Below, one piece after another: positions 26,901 to 39,409 of a stretch of DNA of 64,000 nucleotides. Position 1 is the first letter of the stretch; each line of letters begins with the position of its first letter. The DNA is from Trichoplax sp. H2 (Eukaryota): the NCBI GenBank assembly GCA_003344405.1, contig NOWV01000020.1, forward strand, positions 186,001-250,000, written 5' to 3'. Below the pieces are notes generated by a model, which worked only from the letters and a program-made list of their open reading frames with translations, ran no database searches and was not told where the DNA came from. A program made the position numbers and the translations under genes.

Positions 26901-29900
26901 TGGCTTCTTTCAACAACTGTTTAGTATAATTAACTTGTTTACCACAGTAATATGTATAAATGACCTCAATAAAGAGAAAAACTGATGCCATGCCATCACT
27001 TGTATATTTATTCATAGCATCTTCGTAACCCGTTAAGATCGCTTTCATTAGTTCAAGCATTGCATTAAAGACCTTGCGTGTTATACACTATAGTAAAAAA
27101 ATATAGAAAGTATCGATTAGTTCTTTCGATAATAGTTGATAGGACAAATTTCAACGATAAGAAATGATCAAGTCTTACCGTATCTTCAATGTAAGGACCA
27201 TCGATTTTATCAGATGTATTGTTATGGTAAATTAATTGGTTAAGGATTACACATCTGTTCGCTTCGGATACCATCAATTTCTTCAAACGTCGCATGTCTA
27301 CCCAACCTAGAGTAGTTCCTCCCATTACCTTACGGGCAGCATCTCTTAAGAAATGCTGATTTTCAACACTATTTTTATTCAAAATCAATACAAATGAATA
27401 AATATTAAAGAAAACATTAGTCGCCAGTGATACAAGCTAACCTCAAATAGAATCGAAACAAAGTATCTGCATTTAGCATACCTAGCAATAATAGCGGCTT
27501 TACGATCATTGGATATTGTAGGAGAATTAAGAGGTGTCAATTTCGAACCAGACAGCCGTCGACCTATACAAAAGAATATTAGTAATAAAAAAATGTTAAA
27601 TTACGGATTTTTTGTGATTAAAGCTTTTAGCATTCATGTTGATTATTTTAAGATATACCATAGCGAATACTAACTGAGGAATGGCGATGTTAACTTCGAG
27701 CTAGTATCAGAACTTGAAGCTTTTTTGATCGATTTACTTTTCCTAAAAAGTCTAGCAATATCTGCAGAAACCGTACTACCGGTATCACTGCATATACTAC
27801 CGGTTGGTGAGCTAGGCGTCTGATAGTTTTGTAATGTAGTGTCATGAAGAGATCGTTCGGACATCGATTCTGAACCCCCACGATAATTATCACTATTAGC
27901 CCTAGACTTATTAAAAACTGCCGTATGCTTCTTAACGTTGACATGTATACTACTTTTATCCTCTGATCCATCGACTTCTTCTTCGGACTGAAAGTCGCTC
28001 GATTTTTGCGCGTTTGCTAGGTGAGGAATTTTTAAGTCGCTTGTTTTTGTAGCACCTTGTATACTAGACTGTTCATTACTCCTTTTTTCATCTCCAGCTT
28101 CTGAAATACTATCGTTCTAGTTGATGAAAGCATATCATTCTTATTATAATTGCATGCACACAACATAAATAAAATGATAAAAAAAATGTATTTATAACCA
28201 GTTAAAAGCCAGAGCATGCATTATTTCTTATCGTTGCATCTGTATCAATTCTTATTATAACTAAGGGTATTTTTAGGATAATCGTTGAGAGTGTTTAATT
28301 AATCAATTAATCCATTTCTACCTCATTCCGATTGTATTCATTACTGCTCGTATTTGAAGTTCTATCTTCATCAGAATCAGACCCAACTAGCGATGAATTA
28401 GGGGTTTTTTGATCACCATGCTTAGCATTTCCAGGGATATTCATTGGTAATGAAAGCGAAGCCATAGGATCATAAATTTGATACTGTATAGGCGTCAATT
28501 GGGTTGAGAACCATCTCAATTTATCTCCAATTATTTGTGGATCAATAACACCTATAGACAAGAAATACGATTGAATAAATATGAGATGTAGCACCTATAT
28601 GACGGAAATCATCTATTACAATTCAAAAATTCTTTTAAGATAATTAACGATTACTAATAAAGATTTATCATTATTACCATTCATAATTTTTAAATATGAA
28701 GTCGTTGAAGGTGACAATTGCCATTCACCAAAAAATTCTAACGACTGTAAAAGTTATAGCATAGAATTTAGTAAGAAAAGATTTTAGAAGAAATTTTTCT
28801 ACATTGCAATCCATAATAAGCATAAGATATTGATATATGAAATGATTCAAATTGTAAATTACCTGGCAATCTACAAGAGCAGTTGCGAAGGATGACTTGT
28901 TAGGCAAGTAGTTTAAAAAGTAGGAAGTTTGTAATGCAACAACAGGTGATGGATATAATCGTAAAGTACGGCAAAATTGGGCATGATTTCCTAAGACGTT
29001 GTCACATGTTAAAAATTTGACCACAGAGCAACGTATTGCAACATCGACAGAGTCAACATCATTGCCAAATACAATTTGAGGCACAGTATGGGCTAAATTG
29101 CTTTGCAAATTACTATGCATTGCATTTAAACGATTAAGCACTTCATCACTGTTGATACTATCAAGGTCATGGATAGGCATAAGATCGGTACTTAATGATA
29201 CCATAGCCTGATGGTTTATAAGAGTGTAGAAGAAAAAAGCAAATTATTAGCTATTCATTTCATAACTTTGAACAACTGATACTATTATTATATTATAAAT
29301 AAGTGTAGATATTTATTATCGTATTCTTCAGATTGACAAACCTGTTGTAAATGAGCCCGAAATATTTTGCCATCGGTTTCAGGTAAATCAGGTAATTGAT
29401 TATTAAAATCTGGAGGAATTAGCTGCCATGAAATAACAATTCGTTGAAATAGAGTTAATATGCTACCGGCACAAAAATACATTTTTGTCTCCCGCTACAT
29501 CTCTGGTCATATCAATACAGTGATTCTATCAAAGTTATTCCATTTAAAAGCGAATTCTTCTATATTAAAATTTTCGACTTTATGAATGAGAATTGATTGG
29601 AAATAGGGTTTAAATATTACAGCGTAAAGTACTTCACTACCTCTTTAACTTATTAAAGTTATTCCATTTATAAGCGAATTCTTCTGTATTAAAATTGTCG
29701 ACTTTATGAGTCAGAATTGATTGGAAATAGGGTTCAAATGTTACGGCGTAAAATACTTGACTACCTCTTTAACTCTCTATACAGCATTATAAAAATGTAG
29801 CAAGTCTAGGTTTTTCAATTTATATGCGTAGCAGGGACTCTTTTATATATAAGTATCTTTGATAGTACAATGATGTACAATGTAAAAAGTGAGCTAGTTA

Positions 29901-32900
29901 GTTTCTTTAATAGCCTAATAATCGATTAAAATGATACAGGTACTCTTTGCAGTCTTATAGGCATCGAGCGAGAGAGAAAGTAAGCTATAATATATTAATC
30001 ACTAGTAGCCTAGCTAACTTTATGGCTATACTATATATAGTAAAATGATACATAACTGTGTCATAGCTGGCTTTTTCAATAAATAGCCTAAGAACTCATT
30101 AAAATACTACTGGTTTACTTTTCAATCCTATACATGTAGAAGTAGCTCTATTAGAGATTTTCTTTTATTGAGTAGTTCATAGTTCTATAAGTATGTAATA
30201 AGTCTAACTAACTTTATAGTCGTGCAATGAATGTAAAATAACTATTTCTTCTCTCAAATAGTATAGTAAAAGGTTAAAATTGTCTCTCATACAGATTCGA
30301 TCTGTATATAACCAAATAGTCATTACCCTTCATTTTAAACTAATTCGATATCAATATTTTTCAGGGCCTTTCTCATTGAATCATTGTTGGAACTAAAGAG
30401 ACATTGTAACATGAAATAACTATCATAGCCTCAGGATAAGCATTGCCATCTATCCATCATAGCTACAATGAGATATTCTTTAACTACTATACACTGCATA
30501 GTCTAGCATTGCTTCATGGCTAAATTATTTTATACCTTTGTTAGTGTAATATGAAATAACTATCATAACCACTGGATAACCATTGTCATCCTTTCATGAT
30601 AGCTACAATGAGATTTTCTTCAACTACAATCGAGCATTCTGCTAGGCTAAAATTTTTGATATACCTTGCTATATTTATAGTTACAGTGAGATTTTTCTTC
30701 AATTATTACCGAGCACTGATGCTAGACTCAACTATTTTTTATACCTTGATAGTATATATTTATAGTTACAGTGAGATTTTCCTCAATTATAGCATTGATA
30801 CTAGGCTAAATTATGTTTTTATACCTTGCTAGCATCTAAATCGACCAACCATACATCAGCTGGAATTCGAACATGATTCTTAAAAGCAAAGAAACTGGAA
30901 GTTATGCCAATAATATAAGGTGTAGGTGCCAGTAATAGCGTTTCCGAGCCATTCATACAAGCAGGGAGCAATGGAATAATTGGAAACATGTATTCCAACG
31001 GATACATTAACTCTGAAAGTGCCATGATACTCATAGACAGTGCATTGTAATCTCTTGATTGAAAAATTAACTACATCAAGAAGAATAAATTAAAAATGAG
31101 AGATTAGTAATAGAATATCTTTTATTTTCTAAATCGCTGACACAAGTATCGTCTATTGCATCCAAAATCTATTTCGAGAAAACAGATTCATTGAGTATAA
31201 TTCTATTGACGACAGGCAGTATTAATCAAAATATAGAAATAAAATAGCATTCGTTATGATATCCTATTCATTTTACTGTCTTTTTCATGATTACGGATGA
31301 TAAGTAGTATCTTTTTCCTCGAGTTTTAAGTTCAATTGTATTCTTAAAGTGCTATATTAATAAAATGAATTCGACTGAGTGGTGTTTAAGGCGATCTTTA
31401 ATTCCCTTTAATTTGATAGAGTAGGGACTTTCTATACCGCATCTATTCCAAAATATTTGGTAAGATACGAGTTTAACAGCCCTTTTTATTCAGATAAACT
31501 GATTCTAGTATGGATTCTTCAATATGGGATTCAGAAAATTTCCCTCATGATCAAAAGGTGCGAATAGTAATTATTCGATGGAAAGCTTAATTACATTAAC
31601 GCTCTGTCATAGATTCCTGTACTTGTTTTACTCTTTCATTACAATCATAAAACTTCAACAAGAATAATTCTGTAAACGAATCTAATATTAGAAGTACAGT
31701 CTTTCGAATCTGTTTACCATTGGTTTAAAAAGATCAAATAGACATAATATGTTGTCCATTTCTGCATGGATTACAATCCATGACAGTACTGATGAAGTAT
31801 CATTCGTAAAATACTACAGTAATGTCGAATATAGTTTGAATACGATTCAACTAAGTCAGCGAGCATTTTCTGTAAAGGAAGCGGAAAATATACCAAGGTT
31901 TTTAATTAATTCAGTGAGTATTTCTGTTAAGGAAGTGAAGAATATAAGGAGATTTTAAGTGATTCTTAAAGAAATAGTACTGTAGACTAAATGATAAACC
32001 AATTTGAATAGACGTCCAACTTTCTTTGAAGAAAAGTGAAAAAAAAACATGTTGAATTTTATGCTCATAGGCAAAGTAATATGAACTTTTCGATGGACCA
32101 GTTGGAATATTCGTTCAACTTTCTTTGAAAGAAAAGAACAAAAATGACGTTAAATTTTATACTCAAGAGAAAAGTAGCCTATGTTTAAATTGTTTTGGTA
32201 ACTCTTTCTTTGAAGAAAGTGCAAACTACGCGTAGGGAGTCTATGGAAATTTTGAAAGAAATATTAGTATAAAGTAAATTATAAATCCATTTAAAGCATC
32301 TTTCAATTCATTGAGTAACTATCTCTTTGAAGAGAATTCAATCTTTTTCTCAAGATAATTTGTCCCAAATTTATATATCATTTTCACTCATTTTCCTTCT
32401 TAACGTTGAAGCCACATCATTATGGAAGTGATGTGAATACCACAAAAACGACAAGTAATGATCTGGAAAACTTTACAGAAATTGAAAATAGAAAATTACT
32501 CAGATGTAACCGACTTGAGGAGATTCAGCATCAAATACGAGAGCAGACTTTATTGAAAAAGAGTGTGTCATTAATGTCTACTTATTAAGATCTGGGCTAA
32601 GCTGAGATAGCTTTATGTGCGCCTAGCACTCGTTGAGCAATAAAGTTCTTTCCTATATGCAGTATTTTTCCTTGACGAAAAACTGATTCATTGATTGCTA
32701 ATTTTACATTTCTCATCATCGTTTTTTTTCTTGTAGTAGAAAATTCTATGGCACAAGACAGTGCAAAATGATATTACAACTAGCCATCGATGTAAGAATA
32801 TTACTATCTATCTACCGTAAGGTAATTTAACCAGTTGTTAAATTGCGGAAAGGAATTGTTATCAAGGCAAGATGCTATCGCTTCTAGTTGAACTCAATTA

Positions 32901-35900
32901 ATGGACATGTTTAATAATATATATATAATAGGTATCCAATTCCTTGTTAAGCAAGGTATTGTTGGATTCTTTATGAAGTTCTCCTTTTCACCGTAAAGCA
33001 TCCATTTCAATTGGTTTTATTGTTTGAATACCTATTCTCTCGTGTTGAGACCCGTTGTCGTCGGTAGAGAATTAGAAAAAAGTTATTTTGCATATTGGCA
33101 ATAACAAGAGGATAAATTTTATTCCTTGCTGATTATGATGATGGACTATAACCCTATACTACTGTACTTTCTAATCGTCGTTGTATCGTCAAGTAGAACT
33201 AGAGTATCATTTCAATGATCATCCACTTTAGCTAGAGGGTATAAAAAAATAGTAAGTGAACAAGAATACCTCTAGAAAAGAAATAAAACGATGATGAATG
33301 GTAGAGGATAGTGGGCTTGAAATAGACTTGAATGATGTAAAATAAAAAATTTAGACAACATTAAGGAAATACTATCGAATCTTTTAGGAATTGAAATCTT
33401 AAACTAAATGCGTAAACTATACGCGTATATTCATCATGGAGCGTCCATTGTGAACGAGACAAGAATGGCCTCTACGACCATCATAGAGGGAACTTGCAAG
33501 ACAACATGAAATAACTCAATTGATCTTGCGGTAGCCATCAATCAGTGATTTAATTACTGTATACTAGCCAAAAAAAAAAAAAAATTATGCTAAAGAATAG
33601 ATCATTTAGTACTCCTCAAAATCATACACTCAACGCTAATAACGTCATGCTAATTTTCAGTATGTTGGAAAAGCCCGTCGTTAGTAACGAATTATCATCA
33701 CTATTATTAATTAATGATATTATTGATCAGACTGTAGATTGGGACTAGACACATACACATAAAAAAGAAATTGATCAACAATTAAAAAATTGAACTCTTG
33801 ATGATTAATTCCTAGCAATCTAACGCATAGACGGATGATAGTAGGATTAACAATTGTTCTCACTGAGTCAATTGGCCAATAGCTAGCAATAATAATCTAT
33901 TTTAAAAACTAGAGGACTAATTGATGATCGTCAACACTAATTTATCATTGAAAGATGGCGACAGCAGAGTATCGTAAGTACTTGAATATCAATTCAAGGA
34001 ATCCTTGAAATGATCTATAAATTGAATGAGTCCATAAGCATTTTTATGCATAAATGTATGCCAGAATGAATCAACGATGGATTGATGGATACAGTACAGT
34101 TGGTCAGTGAATGCATAATATTTGTATTTTTTCCAACATTGGCAGCCTCATCGATTGATAATCCAATCTTTTTAACTGACAGCGTCTCGGCCTAGTCTAG
34201 TGTAAATACTTAGCATAATGTCTACATGAAGCAGTTATCATTAAAATAAAAAAAATGGGTTCCATTGCACACACACACCAAGAAAATACGACTACGATAT
34301 GAAAGATAGGGAAGAAGAAAAATCAAGGTGGAAAAAAACAACAACTGGGATGAGAGGATTAATACTACTCATGGGCAGGATTATCATGATTCAGCTGTCG
34401 CCTAATCGATCACAACCTCCATAGTCGAAAATACGACTACGATATGAAAGACAGGAAGAAGAAAAATCAAGGTGGAAAAAAAACAGCTGAGATGAGAGAA
34501 TCAATACTACTTATGGACAGGATTATCATGATTCAGCTGTTGCCTAATCGATCACAACCTCCATAGTCATGCTATTATAATTATCATCATTCTGTCAGTA
34601 AAATATTCTTGATCGTTTCAATGATGGCCCTATAGTGATTTTTTAAGACCCCGCTAGCTTAAGATAGTTGAACCATGTTGATATTGAAGTGTTTAAATAA
34701 TGGATAGTATTGTTATATTGACATCCATGATACAGAAATAGAGCAGAAAGTATTTAGTAAACTAGTGACAGATGCTATTAGCAAACTGGAAAACATTTGT
34801 ACAGGTGGTGGATTTAGTCAATAAAAAAAATGCAAAATAGGCTACGAGTTCGTATAGCGTTCAGAAAAAGAAGGTGAAAAGTAAGTCATCATTTCATATC
34901 AAATTGTTTGAGGACTCGTTGGAAGTATTGATTTTAAAGCTTCTAAAGGGTTCAATACTATTGAAAAGAACAAAACTAATGTATGCTATACTGTGTCGAA
35001 GCTGGCTATACGCAGATATTTTTATTTAATTTGATATCAATTGTTAGAACGTAGGACGGCTGGGATGAAATAGGATATCTACCAGCATTATGAGAAAGTT
35101 GAAAAAATCTCTCTACAGATTGTGGTATTGACAGAATCGCTTACTATTTAAATAATCATGACATATATATTGCATCGACTGAAATGAACAAGACCAAGGA
35201 TTACTAGAAAAAATGATTCTTCCTTTCTCTAGTAGTCCTTGACAAGACGTTTAGTAAAATATACTAAAGCTGAAGATTGTTTACTATCGTTTTTATTTTT
35301 TGAATTTAAGCCGTCTAGAAAAGATGGAAGATAGGATATCTATTTCCTATGAATAGATTATATCCTTTTTTTTCAGCTTTCTTGAATTCAATACTATTGC
35401 ATCGGATGGTACTGCACGTATCTGTTATTCCCAAGAGAGTTTTTTCGTCATCCATTTTATACAACGTCGATTAATTATTTCCGCTTGATATTATCGACAT
35501 GTTATTTTTTTCCGAGATTATACAATAACATTTTAATAGGAGTGCGTTATGGCTGCTATTTCTAGTATCATTTTTGTCTGCATTATCTAGTCCTTACTGT
35601 GACTTTAATATTCAAGTTTTGCATGATGACGATGAATTCCATATCTACCCTGACAGAGACTAACAATAAAATACCATGATGATATCGTTCAACAAGCTAA
35701 TTCTTGATGTCAACAAGAAGCGTATTGTTTTGTACACTAGTCATGTCGGAATTTTATTTCAAATCTTACTTATATCAGTTAACATTACTGTAAAAGTTGT
35801 TCATTTTTAATTATTTGAGTAACCATCACAGTATTTCATTGATACCATTTTGTATCATCAAGTAAAAATCTCATTCGATAGGACCGTCAACAGCAATATT

Positions 35901-38844
35901 GAAATGGATTTCAAATTCACTCCTTACACACAATTGCATCATCCTACTCTAGCTAGGTGTTACTAATATTGTCAAATTAAATAACTTAAAAAGTAGTTCC
36001 GCATTACTGTACCTGGTTAACATTACTGTAATATTATTCTTGTTCTTATGACAATTAGCCAATCTAAACGAGAGCTTGTAGTACTATACAAGTGTACACT
36101 GTACATAAGTATCTTATCGAGTAGAGCTCATCGTATCATCTTCTCCCCCAAAAGATTAGACGTACAATCTACACTAAAAGAAGGTGATCCAACAAGCTTT
36201 CATATTTAAGCTACAGTACATTTTCACTAAAAGCAAATAGGGATAAAAAATAAAAAACATCAATGTTGACTAATAAACAGGAAATGCAAGTCATTAAATA
36301 CTAGATGCCCGATCAAATCGTTGATATATTATGTAATATCAGACTATTAGTTTAGATTAGATTTAAAGTTGAGTGAATTTTTAGAAAAGCTGTCGGTACT
36401 AGGACGGTTTCATCAAGGAATTCTGATAAATCAACTACTAGGCTTGGAGGAGAATCTTATTCTAACCGTACCTCTTCTTTCAGTTTTTTTTTTATTTTCT
36501 TCCTATTGAATTCATACTACCAGAATTGATGCTATTAAAAACTCTCTAAGAAAACATAATGTATTTCATCATTATTATTTTTTTTTGGGGGGGGGAGGAG
36601 GGAAATGCGTAGACCAAGTAAGCCACGATAACAACTACAAGTGGCGTCTTTTCGCCATCGAAAATGGATCAGAGGTCAACAACCTCATAAAGTAATGGCA
36701 TTTTGCAAAATATATCAACGATTGTACTATTAGGTTGATTAATAATAATAATCATTATTAATTATTAAGGATGAGAAGAATATAGATTGTCCTTGTACAA
36801 AAAATCGATCTATCGCTTTCGTTAAGATATTGGATTGAGATATCCGTTTCCATCCTAGTGCGAAAGTACTACTTCTTCCCCAGATCTTATAGCATATTAA
36901 GCTACCGTTATACCGTAATATATATATATATATATATAAGTTATACAACTATCGAGACAGAAGTAGCATGGATTGGAAGTCTCTTCGAGCGAAAAAACAT
37001 GATTATTGACAACAATGATGGCTTATTCATTTTGATATAGGAATTGTCCTTATCCAATTGGATAGGGGATTGCAATTTTTGTACAGTAGTGTTTAGTTAT
37101 CTTGTAGTAGCTCCATATTTATACTCTATCGTTAGGTACTTTCCAATTGTCAGCTACTTATACATATTCTTCAGAAAGAATTTTACTTTCCTTTACTCGA
37201 TTGCGTATAAACTAAAGCATGACGAAAGTACAAGATGATGGCTTATAATGGCACAAGTGTACTGTTTGAAACATCTCCAACAACAGTATGGAATGATTAT
37301 ATATAATGTATGAATAAAAAAAAAATAAATAACTCTTCAAATGAACGACAAGATGGGAGATTAGTTCTAGTGAGATCATGTCTAGCAAGAAAGGGCAGAA
37401 ATTTCCGAAATGCATAAGGGTTATCATTAGAGTTCTAACCCCATTTAGCAAGATTCTACTGGAGTATTAGGAAATGAGTTGAGTAATTGTCAATATTCAT
37501 CATCTGATAATAATTCTTATTTTGGATAGTCCACCATTGCAAATCAATGAGTGAAAATAAACAGCTATAATATGTCGGAAACAAGACTTTCAATGACAGT
37601 CATGATTGTGTTATGGGTGTCGAGTTGTAACATTAACTAGGTAAACAATTTCAATCGATTGTACCTAGCTAAAAGAGAGTAGATTGAATACTGCTATTCC
37701 ATTTACTGTATAATGGAACCGATGAAAGTGTTAAAACAGGTGGACAGGGTGTACAATCCAATCGCTTGAATGTAGCCAATCGTATATAGAATATTGGCCA
37801 TCATGTCATGAGGAAAATTTTATACAGTATTCGATCTTATGGTGTGGTAAAATGAACAAAAACTTGGACATATATGATGGTTGTGACTTGAAACGCTGTA
37901 ATTTTTCGATGCATTGTATCGCTATGGACCCATGATGTCGAAATGAAATTCATAAGCATAACCTATCCAAACTAGTACATCCTAAAGTATTATCCTATTG
38001 TACTTACCTTATGTTGCAATAGCATGCAGGTAAAAACGCGTATAAAGGTTTCAACGCCTAATAACTCGACCGGCAAGTGGACTGGGAAATCCGTTAAAGT
38101 AAATCGGCTTGAATTGGGTAATGCAAGAACAATTGGTGAATGATGCTTATCCAATAGCTCAATTTCCACTCTAGTTTGTCCAGGAATGGGTGTAGGCGAT
38201 TTTAAAAATCGTTCTATCCAAGCTTCAATCTCTTCAACAACTTGATCATATTGACTACCTTGATTAGGACTAGCTTGAATTAATGGAAGCCATAGTTGTG
38301 AGCTATTTCCATCTTGATGACATACAGGATGTGTATCAATGATCTCACGCAAGATATTAATACATTTACGAAAGGATGTGAAAAATGCATGATGTGAAAT
38401 AATACAGAGAGAAATTAAGAAAGTTTTATTCTGGCGTTGTGGTTGACGAGGAGAAGAGCTATCGTTGTCATTGGCTTGCGATGGATGATTATCATGAGGG
38501 AGTTGCAAAGGTTGATTAAATGTTTGATAGAAATTGACCGATACACCATAACGGCGCATACCAGAATCTTTTTCAGTTAAGGTAAAGATAAAAGATGTAG
38601 CCTCTTTATTGCCTAATTGTTGGTTGCCAATAGAACTGGTATACCCTTCTGGTTGGCAAAAATAGACCACATCAGGCGGTAAATAAAAATCAGGATAATC
38701 TTGTGGTGGAAAGCGTCGTAATAATTGTGGATGATGGATGGTATTGGCCGTGCCGAAAACATCATAAGTGGTTTCTTCTGTGCCGACAATCAGTAGATAA
38801 TCGACCAGCCTACGGCTAAAAAATGGCTTATGTAGCTTAGACAT
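23972..38844 (-). CDS. MADD: MAP kinase-activating death domain protein / Rab3-Rab27 GEF (DENN domain), ~18 exons with a ~6.9-kb first intron
   Basis: u[71 protein letters not shown]...[11 protein letters not shown]. d[26 protein letters not shown]. Also [44 protein letters not shown]. Last exon [18 protein letters not shown]...MTGKV* with stop at 23972-23974. Confidence 0.94.
29531..29774. repeat. Two-copy tandem duplication of ~120 bp in a MADD intron
   Basis: AAAGTTATTCCATTTA...CTACCTCTTTAACT occurs at 29531-29650 and again at 29655-29774 with scattered substitutions. Confidence 0.9.
30405..30830. repeat. Diverged tandem repeats (80-bp and ~140-bp units) that include copies of a MADD 5' splice site
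   Basis: ATACCTTG occurs at 30661, 30741 and 30821 (80-bp spacing), with a weaker copy at 30532. ATGAAATAACTATCATA occurs at ~30410 and ~30550. AG(C/T)TACA(A/G)TGAGAT recurs four times. Confidence 0.8.
31850..32180. repeat. Two short diverged tandem duplications (~55 bp and ~100 bp units) in MADD intron 1
   Basis: TCAG.GAG.ATTT..TGT.AAGGAAG.G.A.AATATA occurs twice in 31856-31960. CAACTTTCTTTGAA occurs at ~32017 and ~32116 with similar flanks. Confidence 0.65.
34282..34568. repeat. Two-copy tandem duplication (145 + 142 bp)
   Basis: GAAAATACGACTACGATATGAAAGA...CACAACCTCCATAGTC occurs at 34282-34426 and 34427-34568. Confidence 0.93.
35195..35241. mobile_element. 47-bp miniature inverted-repeat element with a 7-bp flanking direct repeat
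   Basis: TIRs CAAGGATTACTAGA / TCTAGTAGTCCTTG (13/14 match), flanked immediately by ACAAGAC at 35188-35194 and 35242-35248. Confidence 0.7.
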
Positions 38845-39409
38845 GTTTGTAGTCAATAGACTACAGGTAGAATAAATAAGAGGATGTTGAATGAAGAAAA
38901 ATGATCCACTCCAACGTTAGCAGCTAGCGTAAATAGCAGCTGCTAAGACGGACTGATCGATTTATCTTATACTGTCTATTGTCAATTAATCGCATCGTCC
39001 CGACTTTCTGTTTACGTAGTAGTCCAGTCGATTTGGACTGGACAGTAGTCTACTGTTCGCGTACGCTCGTCTACGACTAGCGTACAGTATAGGCGTCTGC
39101 CGACATTTTCGGTACCCTACAGTGCAGTCGATGAAGAAGGGAGTGTAGACTGTAGACTGTAGACTGTAGACTGTAGAGTACAGTACAGTACTCTTGGGCT
39201 ATTTTGTCATTCTACAGTAAATTCTTGTCCTACAGTACAGTACAGTACAGTACTGTACTGTAGGTTTGACTGTCAATGTCACGGACACTCGGACAGTGGA
39301 CAATTTACAGGACAGGATACTGTAGAATTTTCAATCCTTTATCAACAAGGTGCCAACTACCAACTAGTGCCAACGACTGACAGTACAGTATATGAGTAGT
39401 CGCTACTAC

